NCBI GenBank assembly: GCA_951812955.1
Contig: OX638340.1
Span: 1,312,001-1,376,000, forward strand
Length of the DNA stretch: 64,000 bases
Direction: 5' to 3'
Source: an uncultured Gemmatimonadota bacterium
Lineage (GTDB): Bacteria > JAAXHH01
Program-made: the position numbers and the translations under genes
Part shown: positions 38,141-50,665 of the stretch, piece after piece
Layout of the letters: every line of letters starts with the position of its first letter
How positions within the stretch are numbered: the first letter of the stretch is position 1
Notes under the pieces: model-generated
Database searches by the model: none
What the model saw: only the letters and a program-made list of their open reading frames with translations
What the model was told of the DNA's origin: nothing

Positions 38141-38947
38141 ATGCATTCTCTCAGCACATGTACAGTTGACCATCCCACGGACGCCGAACGTTTTCTTTTC
38201 GATACCAACGGCTACCTGGTGTTGGAGGATTTCCTCCAGGAATCCCTTGTCGATTCGCTCAATTCCGCGCTGGAGCGGACGATAGCGCGCCGGCGCGACC
38301 CCGAATTCAAACGGACGCACGAACCGGCCTTCGCCGACAGGCTCGGTAAAGCCAATGCGCGGGTCATGCACCTGCTGGCCGAAGATCCGCTCTTTCTGGA
38401 CATGCTCGACTACGAACCGATGATGGCCTACGTGCACGGTCTGTTCAACGAGATGCCCCATCTGCATTCGACTGATGCCTTCTATGAAATCGAGCAGGAG
38501 GAATACCACGGGCAGGGCTGGCATACGGACGGAATCCAGGCCGGATTCCGCAACTTCCGGCCGCACATACCGTTGTTACAGTTCAAGGTGGGGTATTACC
38601 TGAGCGACATGTCCGAACCCAACCAGGGCAACCTGAACCTCGTTCCCGGTAGCCATAAGTCCGTGGTCGAGCCAGACACGGAGGACGGCATGCCCGGCGC
38701 CGTTCAGATCTGCGGGCGTCCCGGCACGGCCGTGCTATTCCACAACGGGGTATGGCATTCGGCCGGACCGTTCACACGTCGCGGCGGCAAACGGGTAATC
38801 CTGTACTATGGGTACGAACACCCGTGGATGCTGGCTTGTGCGGAACAGTGGCGGTACGACAGGGACTTCCTGAACAACCTCACCCCGGCGCAGCGACGCT
38901 TTTTCCACGGTTTCGTCTTCGACCCGCCCGAGTATCGCTGGGGATGA
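38141..38947 (+). CDS. phytanoyl-CoA dioxygenase (PhyH) family oxygenase
   Basis: The N-terminus FDTNGYLVLEDFL, then WHTD (HxD) and a later VWHSAGP. Confidence 0.8.
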   Translation: MHSLSTCTVDHPTDAERFLFDTNGYLVLEDFLQESLVDSLNSALERTIARRRDPEFKRTHEPAFADRLGKANARVMHLLAEDPLFLDMLDYEPMMAYVHGLFNEMPHLHSTDAFYEIEQEEYHGQGWHTDGIQAGFRNFRPHIPLLQFKVGYYLSDMSEPNQGNLNLVPGSHKSVVEPDTEDGMPGAVQICGRPGTAVLFHNGVWHSAGPFTRRGGKRVILYYGYEHPWMLACAEQWRYDRDFLNNLTPAQRRFFHGFVFDPPEYRWG

Positions 38948-39088
38948 CCGGATGGGTCGGACGGACGGGATGACCGGACGATTCGAAACGAATTGCTATA
39001 AAAGTCCTGCTGGTGCCTACAGACGAAAGCCGAGTCCCGGGCAACCTGACTATCCGATTTCGTTGGCGTCCAGCGGGGATGAGCGTAA

Positions 39089-39478
39089 TCAGGCAGCCTT
39101 GCGATTCGGCAGTTTGCGCCTCATCATCACGCCTGGAAGCCGCTTCAGTCTTTCGTTGCGAGGATCGATCTCGAATCCGCCGGACTCCAGGGCCGTAACG
39201 CCAAGCAGCGGTTCCGTCCCTTCCGGGCCATACGCAATGGTCCCGCCAACGACCACGCCCTCGAATTCGATCTCGGCGACTGTTGCTTCCAGCGTGAGCT
39301 GTTTCCCGTCCGCGAGTACGTAGTCGCGACTCCCCCTCGGTTTGAGTCCAATCGCTTCGAGACGCTGCCTCGGTACGAGCGAGTCGAACGCGGCGGTATC
39401 GACAACGAACTTGCCGGTCCAGCTACGCCGTGGATCGGCGGGATTTCGGATCGTCACGTCGACATAAGTAGTCCCCAT
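39089..39478 (-). CDS. retropepsin-like (clan AA) aspartic protease, single-domain
   Basis: FVVDTAAF contains the D-T/S-A active-site triad and LLGVTALE is a flap/dimer-like motif. About 130 aa. The start at 39478 has GGAGGG upstream. Confidence 0.6.
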   Translation of the reverse strand: MGTTYVDVTIRNPADPRRSWTGKFVVDTAAFDSLVPRQRLEAIGLKPRGSRDYVLADGKQLTLEATVAEIEFEGVVVGGTIAYGPEGTEPLLGVTALESGGFEIDPRNERLKRLPGVMMRRKLPNRKAA

Positions 39479-39795
39479 ACTGAAATCCCTCCGGTGGGTA
39501 TCTCTTTCGATTGCACAAGTCAGATCTGATAATCCGTTGATCACCTTGTTAATATAGTCGTAATTCATTTGGTATTCTATTCGGTAATTTCGCTGAAGCG
39601 CACAGCGATCGGTTCGCCGATGGATTACATTATGTCGGAGGATTGTTCACCCGATTCGTCTGGAACGCTTTGGGTGGGCCGCGAAACCGCTTCACCCGGA
39701 ATGCTTCGAATGGGTCTCGGCTCCGCCGGACTGCACGGATGACGGAGTTTTGCAGAACATTTGGTCCTTCATTCCGTCGCCGTTACCGTACCCAT

Positions 39796-39847
39796 CCCAA
39801 ATCCTTGACACCGCCATCCCATTCTCCTTACTTCCCGTTGTAAGTCC
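39796..39847 (+). promoter_or_regulatory. second copy of the conserved box upstream of MNT copy 2
   Basis: The sequence is CCCAAATCCTTGACACCGCCATCCCATTCTCCTTACTTCCCGTTGTAAGTCC. It has the same TTGACA-N17-TTACTT and CTTAC-N8-GTAAG layout as 34601..34650. Confidence 0.4.
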
Positions 39848-39961
39848 TGCCGCTGTGGTCCGGTCGGATCTGTGGCGTTGGAAGGTGGGACCAATTACGT
39901 AAGTCTTTCCTTTTGTTGAACGCACGGCATCGATCAGGTCGTACCGAAGGATAAGGTAGCT

Positions 39962-40246
39962 ATGCACGCTATAATCGAACAGAACCGCGCGGAAATCCTC
40001 GCCCTTGCCGAACGCCATGGCGTCGCCGACGTGCGCGTATTCGGGTCCATGGCGAGGGGCGACGCCGACGACGCCGGCGATGTCGACCTACTGGTGTCAC
40101 TGTCGCCTGGCAAAACAGGTCTTGCACTCGGAGCGCTGTTGATGGACGTGCAGGACCTCCTGCAACGACGTGTTGAAGTCTTAACGGAGAAAAGCCTTCA
40201 TCCTGCCCTCCGTGAAAACGTGTTGCGCGAGGCGCAGCCGTTATGA
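39962..40246 (+). CDS. mntA: MNT-type nucleotidyltransferase antitoxin, copy 2 (orphan)
   Basis: About 83% identical by eye to copy 1, with the FGSMARGDADDAGDVDLLV motif. Confidence 0.85.
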   Translation: MHAIIEQNRAEILALAERHGVADVRVFGSMARGDADDAGDVDLLVSLSPGKTGLALGALLMDVQDLLQRRVEVLTEKSLHPALRENVLREAQPL

Positions 40247-40334
40247 AGTCAGACGCCTGGTCCGTAGAGTATCGCCCGAACACAACATTCCCGAATTAGC
40301 CAGGGCGATCGAGCGTATAGTTCATTCCACCTGA
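40243..40334 (+). pseudogene. hepT: hepT remnant (internal deletion of about 250 bp plus a 1-nt frameshift)
   Basis: It has the same ATGA overlap with MNT as the intact pair. The first about 44 nt align to the 5' end of intact hepT and the last about 50 nt align to its 3' end. The Rx4-6H region is absent. Read from the ATG, the frame stops after 18 codons. Confidence 0.75.
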
Positions 40335-40390
40335 TCCTTGAGAAGACCTCGCGGCCACGTGTCCTGCTGGCCGAGTGAAGGGTAATCATC

Positions 40391-40588
40391 ATGAATGTCA
40401 GTAAAGAAGAAAACACCAGACTCACTCCTTCGACAGTCAAACTCAAGCGGTTAATAGGGACCTCGCCTGCTCCTCGAATGTTGACGCCATACGAAATCAA
40501 GTTGCTGCGGCAAGCCGCGAAGGAAGTGGCCGAAGTTACGGAAGAAGTCCTCGCTGAGAAAGACAGTAGTAAGGAAGAAGGATGCTGA
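40391..40588 (+). CDS. small hypothetical ORF (65 aa) overlapping the cas3 start
   Basis: ATG ORF whose stop (GGATGCTGA) overlaps the cas3 ATG by 7 nt. The tail is charged and helical-looking. No recognised motif, and coding status is unproven. Confidence 0.35.
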   Translation: MNVSKEENTRLTPSTVKLKRLIGTSPAPRMLTPYEIKLLRQAAKEVAEVTEEVLAEKDSSKEEGC

Positions 40589-43045
40589 CCTTCGAGCGGT
40601 TTTTCTCCACAGCGTTCGGTAAAGACGTTTGTCCTTTCGCCTATCAACAGGCTCTCGCAAAGCAGGCCTGGCCAGACGCGCTCATTGCTCCGACCGGCCT
40701 TGGCAAGACCGCCGCGGTGGTGCTTGGTTGGGCCTGGAAACACGCCGTAGTCGAATCTCCAACTCCACGTCGCCTCGTTTATTGCCTGCCTATGCGCACG
40801 CTCGTCGAGCAAACCGAGCGGAATGTCAGAGAATGGCTGCGTGAACTGGGCAAAGCAAATACGGACTGGAAATCACGCCTTCCGGACCCTGAAGCCGGAG
40901 TCCATGTCCTCATGGGCGGCATGGATGAGCCGCGCTGGTTTGAAACACCTGAACGACCGGCCATCCTGATCGGAACTCAAGATATGCTGATCAGCCGCGC
41001 CCTGATGCGGGGGTACGCCATGAGCCGCTTCCGCTGGCCAGTGGACTTCGCCTTGTTGCACAACGACGCGCAGTGGGTTTTTGACGAAGTGCAATTGATG
41101 GGAGCAGGCCTGGCGACCTCTACACAACTCGAAGGTTTTCGTCGTACGTTCGGAACGGAGATCCCTTCGTGCAGTCTCTGGGTGTCAGCGACCCTTCACC
41201 CGGACTGGCTACATACGGTTGATTTCCAGCAACGTCCTACGGTGTGGCGTGTTCCATGTGATTTCCCCGACGATATACATTCATCGCAAGTCCTCAAACT
41301 GATTAACGCGTGTAAGCCAATTCAGCCGTCGTCCGTCGCGCCGATGAGTGCCAAGAAGGCCGATCTGAACGCATACGCGACAGCGTTGGCGAAGGAAACC
41401 CGGAGTCTGCACCAAGAAAACAATACGACGCTTGTGGTACTCAATACAGTCGCCCGCGCCCAAGCCGTGCATAAAGCACTTCAGAAGATGGATGTTGCGC
41501 CTGCTTGCCTTGCTCTCATCCACTCGCGGTTTCGGCCTAAAGATCGCACCCGGCAGATGGACAAGTTGCCGCAAACCGGGGAAACAAAAAAACTGATCGT
41601 AGTCGCGACGCAGGCGATTGAAGCAGGTATCGATCTATCAGCGGCGGTCCTGCTCACCGAACTCGCGCCTCCTTCGTCCCTTACCCAGCGGTTCGGTCGG
41701 GTAAATCGCTACGGTGAGTTGAACGATTCCGGTGGCGGGACGGTCCGCTGGATAGATATCATCGGAGGCGACCTCGGTGATTCGTTGGCGGCTCCGTATG
41801 AGATTAACGAACTCAAAATCGGGCGCGAGCGGATTGCCGCGTTAAAGGACGCTCGGCCCTCTAATCTCGTGCCGCCCGCATCAGACGACTGCGCCTATCG
41901 GGGTGTGATACGATCCAGGGATATGCTGGACCTATACGACACCGATCCGGATTTGACCGGCTTTGATGTCGATATCGCTCCTTACGTCCGCGATGCTGAA
42001 GATACCGATATTCGAGTTTTCTGGCGCGATTTCGACGTGCAGTCTGGACCAGAGGACCAGACTGCACCCATGCGGGACGAGCTTTGTGCGGTTCCGATTG
42101 GGCGCGCGCGTAACTGGCTTAGGGATGTCAGAAAGAAGGAAGGGCAGCGGGTATTTCGCATAGACCCGCAGGCACGAGCTAATGGGAAGGGTAGCGTTCC
42201 GACTTGGACCGCGTTCCGAGAGGAACCGTGGCCGGGTTTGGTGTTGATGGTTCATGCGAGTGCTGGGGGTTATGCACCGGACACGGGGTTTGATCAGGGT
42301 CTAAAAACAGCAGTCGAGCCTGTGAAGCTAGGAGAGGAACAGCAGACGGCAGACGAGTCGAACGACGGCGATTCCGACAGCGAGCAGAGCAGGTGCGTGG
42401 AACTGACGGATCATCTGGACCACGTGGCTTTTGAAGCCAGATACCTATGCGATGGCCTCGACGTTTGTGAAGCTTGGAAAGCCACAATCCTCCAGGCAGC
42501 GTACTGGCACGACCTCGGTAAAGCACACCCTGAGTTTCAGGCGCGAATGGTTGCAAGTAACACGGAGGCCGACCCACCACCAGAAGGGTTGCTAGCCAAG
42601 GCTCCGAAGTACGACCGCACGAAAGGACGTGCATATTTCCGGCACGAACTTGCGTCTGCACTAGCATTTCTCACACAAGCAGGCTGGGTACGCAAGGCCG
42701 ATCTTGTTGCGTACCTGATAGCCGCCCATCACGGCAAGGTACGCCTGAACTTGCGTCCCCTACCAGCCGAAAGTCGGGTAATGGGGGAGGATGGACGGCG
42801 TTTTGCTCGCGGCGTGTGGGAGGGAGACGAGATACCGTTGGTTAGTTTGGGCAATGGGGAAACATGGACAGGGGGGCCACTCGCACTATCCGTGATGGAG
42901 TTAGGCGAGCATCCGGAAACTGGGGCAAGTTGGACCGAGCGTACGCGAAATTTGCTTTCCCAGTACGGTCCTTTTCAGCTCGCTTGGTTGGAGGCACTTG
43001 TACGTATCGCCGACTGGCGGGCATCAGCAAAAGAAGAACGAGGTC

Positions 43046-43062
<17 letters not shown>
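40582..43062 (+). CDS. cas3: type I-G (I-U) Cas3 helicase-nuclease with N-terminal helicase and C-terminal HD domain
   Basis: Walker A APTGLGKT, DEAD-like FDEVQLMG, and helicase C IVVATQAIEAGIDLS. HD residues sit at the C-terminus (HLDHV, WHDLGK, FRHELAS, AAHHGK). Confidence 0.9.
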
Positions 43063-46598
<3,536 letters not shown>

Positions 46599-46605
46599 GT
46601 CTCGA

Positions 46606-48240
46606 ATGTTTGCACTTACTTTCACCTTTCCTTTGGGCCGCTATCACGCAACGCCGTGGGGGCGCCATGTCAACGAAGCCGATGTCGCTTGGCCGCCAGA
46701 GCCTTGGCGCATTCTTCGTGCGCTCGTCGCTACCTACTGGCGCAAAGGCGACCGGGTACGCTGGTCCGAGGACACACTCGCCCGTCTAGTAGACGCGCTA
46801 GCCCAGGATGCGCCGATCTATCACTTGCCCCCAGGCGTGATCCACGCACATACCCGGCATTACATGCCCACACCTAAAATGACGCTCGTCTTCGACGCCT
46901 TTGCCCACTTGTCTAAAGACGAACAGATCGTAGCGGCTTGGCCAGAACTCGAATTGGACGTCGAACTATTTGATTTGGCGGCTGATCTCGCAGAGGGGCT
47001 CGGCTACCTGGGGCGTGCCGAGAGTTGGGTTGAATGCGGAACGATAACCGACTGGAACCAAGATGTGGCAAACTGCCATCCTGTGGGCCAAAATGGGACC
47101 GCCCACGGGGAGATAGTGCGAGTGCTCACACCGCTCAGTGCTCAGGATTATATGGTGGAGCGTACGCGCCTGTTGGAGGAAGTTGACGATGCAGAGCGAG
47201 ACCGCACCGCTGCTTCCGGCAAGAGACCTCCTACCCCCAGAGCCCTTGAAAGGGCACGCAACAAAGCGTTCGGGCCGACCCTTCCTGATCGTCTGGTCGA
47301 AGCCTTGATGCTCGATACGGCCGATTACCAAAAATACCGTTGGAACCGACCGCCAGCCTCACGTGAGATTGTTTATACACGTCCGCCTCTGTCCCCTGTT
47401 CCTCGCCGTGCCCGGATTCGTGCAACAGTTGATGACCGCAGACAATTCACCGTAGCGCGCTTTCTTTTGGCCGGCCGTCCCCGACCTCGTATTGAGGATG
47501 CGGTCAAGATCGGTGAACTCATGCGGCTTGCCGCGCTTTCCAAGTTTGGTTGGGAGGACAAGAGACCCAGAGCACCGTCGGTGATATCAGGCCGGGGTTC
47601 TGATGGCCGACCATTACGCAACGGCCAGCATTCGCATGCGTTTTGGTTGCCCGAGGACGCCGATGGCGATGGCTGGATTGACCATATAACGGTTTACGCA
47701 GAGGAAGGTTTCGATGTTTCAGTGCGCGAGAAGCTGGATCGACTGACCCGTTTGTGGGTCGGTGGAGACGATTCCGGTGGAGAGGAAGGAGATAAAGAGA
47801 CCGGTCGCCAAGAGTGGCGACTGGCCTTGGAGGGCTTTGGCCGCCCGGAGGACTTTGCGGACACATCAAGGCTATTTAGCTGTTCAGATGAATGGGAAAG
47901 TGTAACACCTTTTTTGGCGTCTGGTCACTTAAAAAAGGCCGGGTATGAAGGCGAGATACATCGGCTTTGGAAGCGCAGACGAGTCACATCTGGTTCGCAT
48001 ACTGAGCCTGTACAGGTCGAAATCTTGCGCCACATCGAGATTCACGGTACTCTCCGTAGAGCAGTGCATTTTCATCGATTCCGTTCACGGGGACGAGAGA
48101 AGCAACCCGACGCGCAAGGGGCCTTGCTGCGCCTGAGTTTTAACGAGCCAGTTACAGGACCCTTAGCTCTTGGATATGCCTGCCATTTTGGTCTTGGAAT
48201 GTTCGCACGCCCAATCCTAGACGCAAAATCGGAACAATGA
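46606..48240 (+). CDS. csb2: type I-G Cas5-Cas6 fusion (Csb2)
   Basis: The N-terminus FTFPLGRYHATPWGRHVNEADVAWPPEPWRILRAL is typical of Csb2. 544 aa. Confidence 0.85.
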   Translation: MFALTFTFPLGRYHATPWGRHVNEADVAWPPEPWRILRALVATYWRKGDRVRWSEDTLARLVDALAQDAPIYHLPPGVIHAHTRHYMPTPKMTLVFDAFAHLSKDEQIVAAWPELELDVELFDLAADLAEGLGYLGRAESWVECGTITDWNQDVANCHPVGQNGTAHGEIVRVLTPLSAQDYMVERTRLLEEVDDAERDRTAASGKRPPTPRALERARNKAFGPTLPDRLVEALMLDTADYQKYRWNRPPASREIVYTRPPLSPVPRRARIRATVDDRRQFTVARFLLAGRPRPRIEDAVKIGELMRLAALSKFGWEDKRPRAPSVISGRGSDGRPLRNGQHSHAFWLPEDADGDGWIDHITVYAEEGFDVSVREKLDRLTRLWVGGDDSGGEEGDKETGRQEWRLALEGFGRPEDFADTSRLFSCSDEWESVTPFLASGHLKKAGYEGEIHRLWKRRRVTSGSHTEPVQVEILRHIEIHGTLRRAVHFHRFRSRGREKQPDAQGALLRLSFNEPVTGPLALGYACHFGLGMFARPILDAKSEQ

Positions 48241-48444
48241 AACGCAGCATTTACAATGACACCTCAGTCATTGGAGTTTGTTATAGAGTTGTTTCAAGGA
48301 AGCTATAACTGTCGATCGATTCTTACATAATCTCGATGTTGTTCATACAGCCTTAAGTCGAGACGTATCCCTGGACCCACGACAGCTAAAACGTACGAAC
48401 ATTTTGCAGAACGAGTAGCCGCGAATACTTCAGCGACTCACCAC

Positions 48445-50157
48445 ATGAACCACATCCACCAACTCACGCTACCAATACCTCCGCCCCCAGTCGACGCGAA
48501 TACGCCATTGGTCCCAGCGCGCATGGTCAACGAATGGGTCTATTGCCCGCGACTGGCCTACCTGGAATGGGTTGAAGGAGAGTGGGCGGAGACGGGAGAC
48601 ACCGCCGAGGGACGGCGTACACACGTAAGGGTCGACGAAGGTGGCGGCCGTCTGCCCGGACCGGAAGAACTGGATGATGAGATGGCCCGCGCCCGGTCCG
48701 TCACGCTTTCGTCGGATCGTCTCGGCGTAATCGCCAAGATAGACGTCGTGGAAGCCGAAGAAGGAATCGTCACGCCCGTGGATTTCAAGAAAGGCAAGCG
48801 TCCCCATGTCGCCACTGGCGCCTACGAGCCCGAACGCGTCCAGATCTGCACGCAGGCCATGATCCTGGAGGACAATGGTTACAGAGTGGAGCGCGGTATG
48901 CTCTGGTACGCCGGGTCGCGTGAGCGCGTCCCGGTGATGCTTGACGATGAACTTCGATCCCTGACCCTGGCGGCAATCAGAGAATTGCGCGTCGCCGCGG
49001 CTGATGGCCGTCGGCCACCGCCTCTGGAAAACAGCCCGAAGTGCCCCCGCTGTGCCCTGGCGGGGATCTGTCTGCCCGACGAAACCAACCTGTTCCGCAA
49101 AGGGACTGCACCACGCCCGCTGAACCCATCGGATGATCCGGCCCTGCCGCTCTACGTACAGGAACCGGGGGCGCGACTGCGAAAGAGCGGTGAGCGCTTG
49201 GTGGTGGAAATCAAGGAAGAATCCGTAGAGGTACCCATAATCGACGTTTCCCAGGTCGCTCTGTTCGGCCCCGTCTCGGTGACCACACCGGCTCTGCACG
49301 CGCTGATGAACGCGGAGATTCCGGTATCGTGGTTTTCCACGGGAGGCTGGTTCCTCGGCCATACAGTAGGAACAGGGCATGGAAACGTGGCCGTTCGCGA
49401 AGCGCAATACCGCGTAGCCTTCGATAAAGGCGCTCGCCTTGCCTTCGCGCGCGATCTCGTGGCGGCTAAGGCGCGTAACGCCCGTACGATGTTGCGTCGC
49501 AACTGGCGCGTCAATATGGACGCGGAAATCAGGGATGAAGCCCTAGTCCGGCTCAGGGGAGTCGTGCGCCGCATCTCCCGCGCCACGGACGAAAGCCAAC
49601 TGCTGGGCCTGGAAGGCGAGGCCGCCGCAGTGTATTTCAACTGCTTCGAGCACATGCTTGCTAAGGATCTGGACGGCGGCGCGACGGGGTTCTCCTTCAC
49701 CAAGCGCAATCGGCGGCCTCCCACGGATCCGGTGAACGCGCTCCTGTCGCTGGCCTACGCTTTGTTGACGCGGGTATTCACTACGACCATCTCGGCGACG
49801 GGGCTCGACCCCTACATGGGCCTCTACCACCATACGCGCCACGGGCGCCCGGCGCTGTCCCTCGATCTAATGGAACCGTTCAGACCTATTGTCGCCGACT
49901 CCTGCGTTATTCAAGCCATCAACAACGGCGAAGTAAAGCTGGCCGATTTCGTGTTCAACGGGGCTGCTTGTTCGCTGAAGCCTGCTGGTCGCAAGTCCTT
50001 CATCGCCGCGTTCGAGCGGCGCATGGAGCAGGAGACCACACATCCGCTTTTCGGCTATCGCGTTTCCATGCGGCGACTTATCGAGGTACAGTCCCGATTG
50101 CTCGCCCGGCATTTTCAGGGAGAGATCGTCTCTTACCCTCATTATCTTCCCCGGTAG
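48445..50157 (+). CDS. cas1: Cas4-Cas1 fusion integrase/nuclease
   Basis: The N-terminal Cas4 part has YCPRLAYLEW and the Cys cluster CPRCALAGICLPDE. The C-terminal Cas1 part has PLYVQEPGARLRK...PTDPVNALLSLAY...GLYH. Confidence 0.9.
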   Translation: MNHIHQLTLPIPPPPVDANTPLVPARMVNEWVYCPRLAYLEWVEGEWAETGDTAEGRRTHVRVDEGGGRLPGPEELDDEMARARSVTLSSDRLGVIAKIDVVEAEEGIVTPVDFKKGKRPHVATGAYEPERVQICTQAMILEDNGYRVERGMLWYAGSRERVPVMLDDELRSLTLAAIRELRVAAADGRRPPPLENSPKCPRCALAGICLPDETNLFRKGTAPRPLNPSDDPALPLYVQEPGARLRKSGERLVVEIKEESVEVPIIDVSQVALFGPVSVTTPALHALMNAEIPVSWFSTGGWFLGHTVGTGHGNVAVREAQYRVAFDKGARLAFARDLVAAKARNARTMLRRNWRVNMDAEIRDEALVRLRGVVRRISRATDESQLLGLEGEAAAVYFNCFEHMLAKDLDGGATGFSFTKRNRRPPTDPVNALLSLAYALLTRVFTTTISATGLDPYMGLYHHTRHGRPALSLDLMEPFRPIVADSCVIQAINNGEVKLADFVFNGAACSLKPAGRKSFIAAFERRMEQETTHPLFGYRVSMRRLIEVQSRLLARHFQGEIVSYPHYLPR

Positions 50158-50162
50158 CGACT

Positions 50163-50456
50163 ATGGCCAACGAACGTCTCTACATCGTCGCCTACGACAT
50201 ATCCGAGCCAAAGCGATGGCGGCGCGTGTACAAGCTGATGAAAGGCTATGGGCACTGGTTGCAGTTGTCGATTTTCCAGTGCAGGCTCACGGCCCGGCGA
50301 CGCGCGGAAATGACCGCTCGTCTGGAGGAATCGATCGATCTGTCGGAGGACCACATTCTGATCGTGGACATGGGTCCCGCGGACAAAGTGGATCCATTGG
50401 TAGAAAGCCTGGGCAAGGCATATGAAGCGCCGACTCGAAAAGCCACCGTCGTGTAG
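50163..50456 (+). CDS. cas2: Cas2 endoribonuclease
   Basis: LYIVAYDISEPKRWRRVYKLMKGYGHWLQLSIFQC is a typical Cas2 fold sequence. 97 aa. Confidence 0.9.
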   Translation: MANERLYIVAYDISEPKRWRRVYKLMKGYGHWLQLSIFQCRLTARRRAEMTARLEESIDLSEDHILIVDMGPADKVDPLVESLGKAYEAPTRKATVV

Positions 50457-50665
50457 CCGTGCCTTTGCCGGGTCCTCCGCGAACGCTCCGGTGGAAGGGA
50501 AATGCCGGGCAGCGCTCGCGTCCTGGTATTTGTTTGTTCTGCATGGAGTTACGAGGCATTGTAACTGATTTCGGGGAGGGCGATTTGAATGTCCGTGAGA
50601 TTTTAGCAGCAGTGCTCGCAAAAGGCCTGACAAGCCTAAGTCTGCCAAAGAGTTGCTAAGGAACT
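50457..50665 (+). promoter_or_regulatory. CRISPR leader
   Basis: Non-coding 209 bp between cas2 and the first repeat. Repeat degeneration at the far end of the array supports this polarity. Confidence 0.6.

Noticed and set aside
42998-43045. A longer N-terminal extension of csx17 starting at 42998 inside cas3.
   Set aside because: The extension (MYVSPTGGHQQKKNEV) overlaps the cas3 3' end by 65 nt. The conserved Csx17 N-terminus begins at MNMAPNEIALAGC, so the ATG at 43046 or 43052 is preferred.
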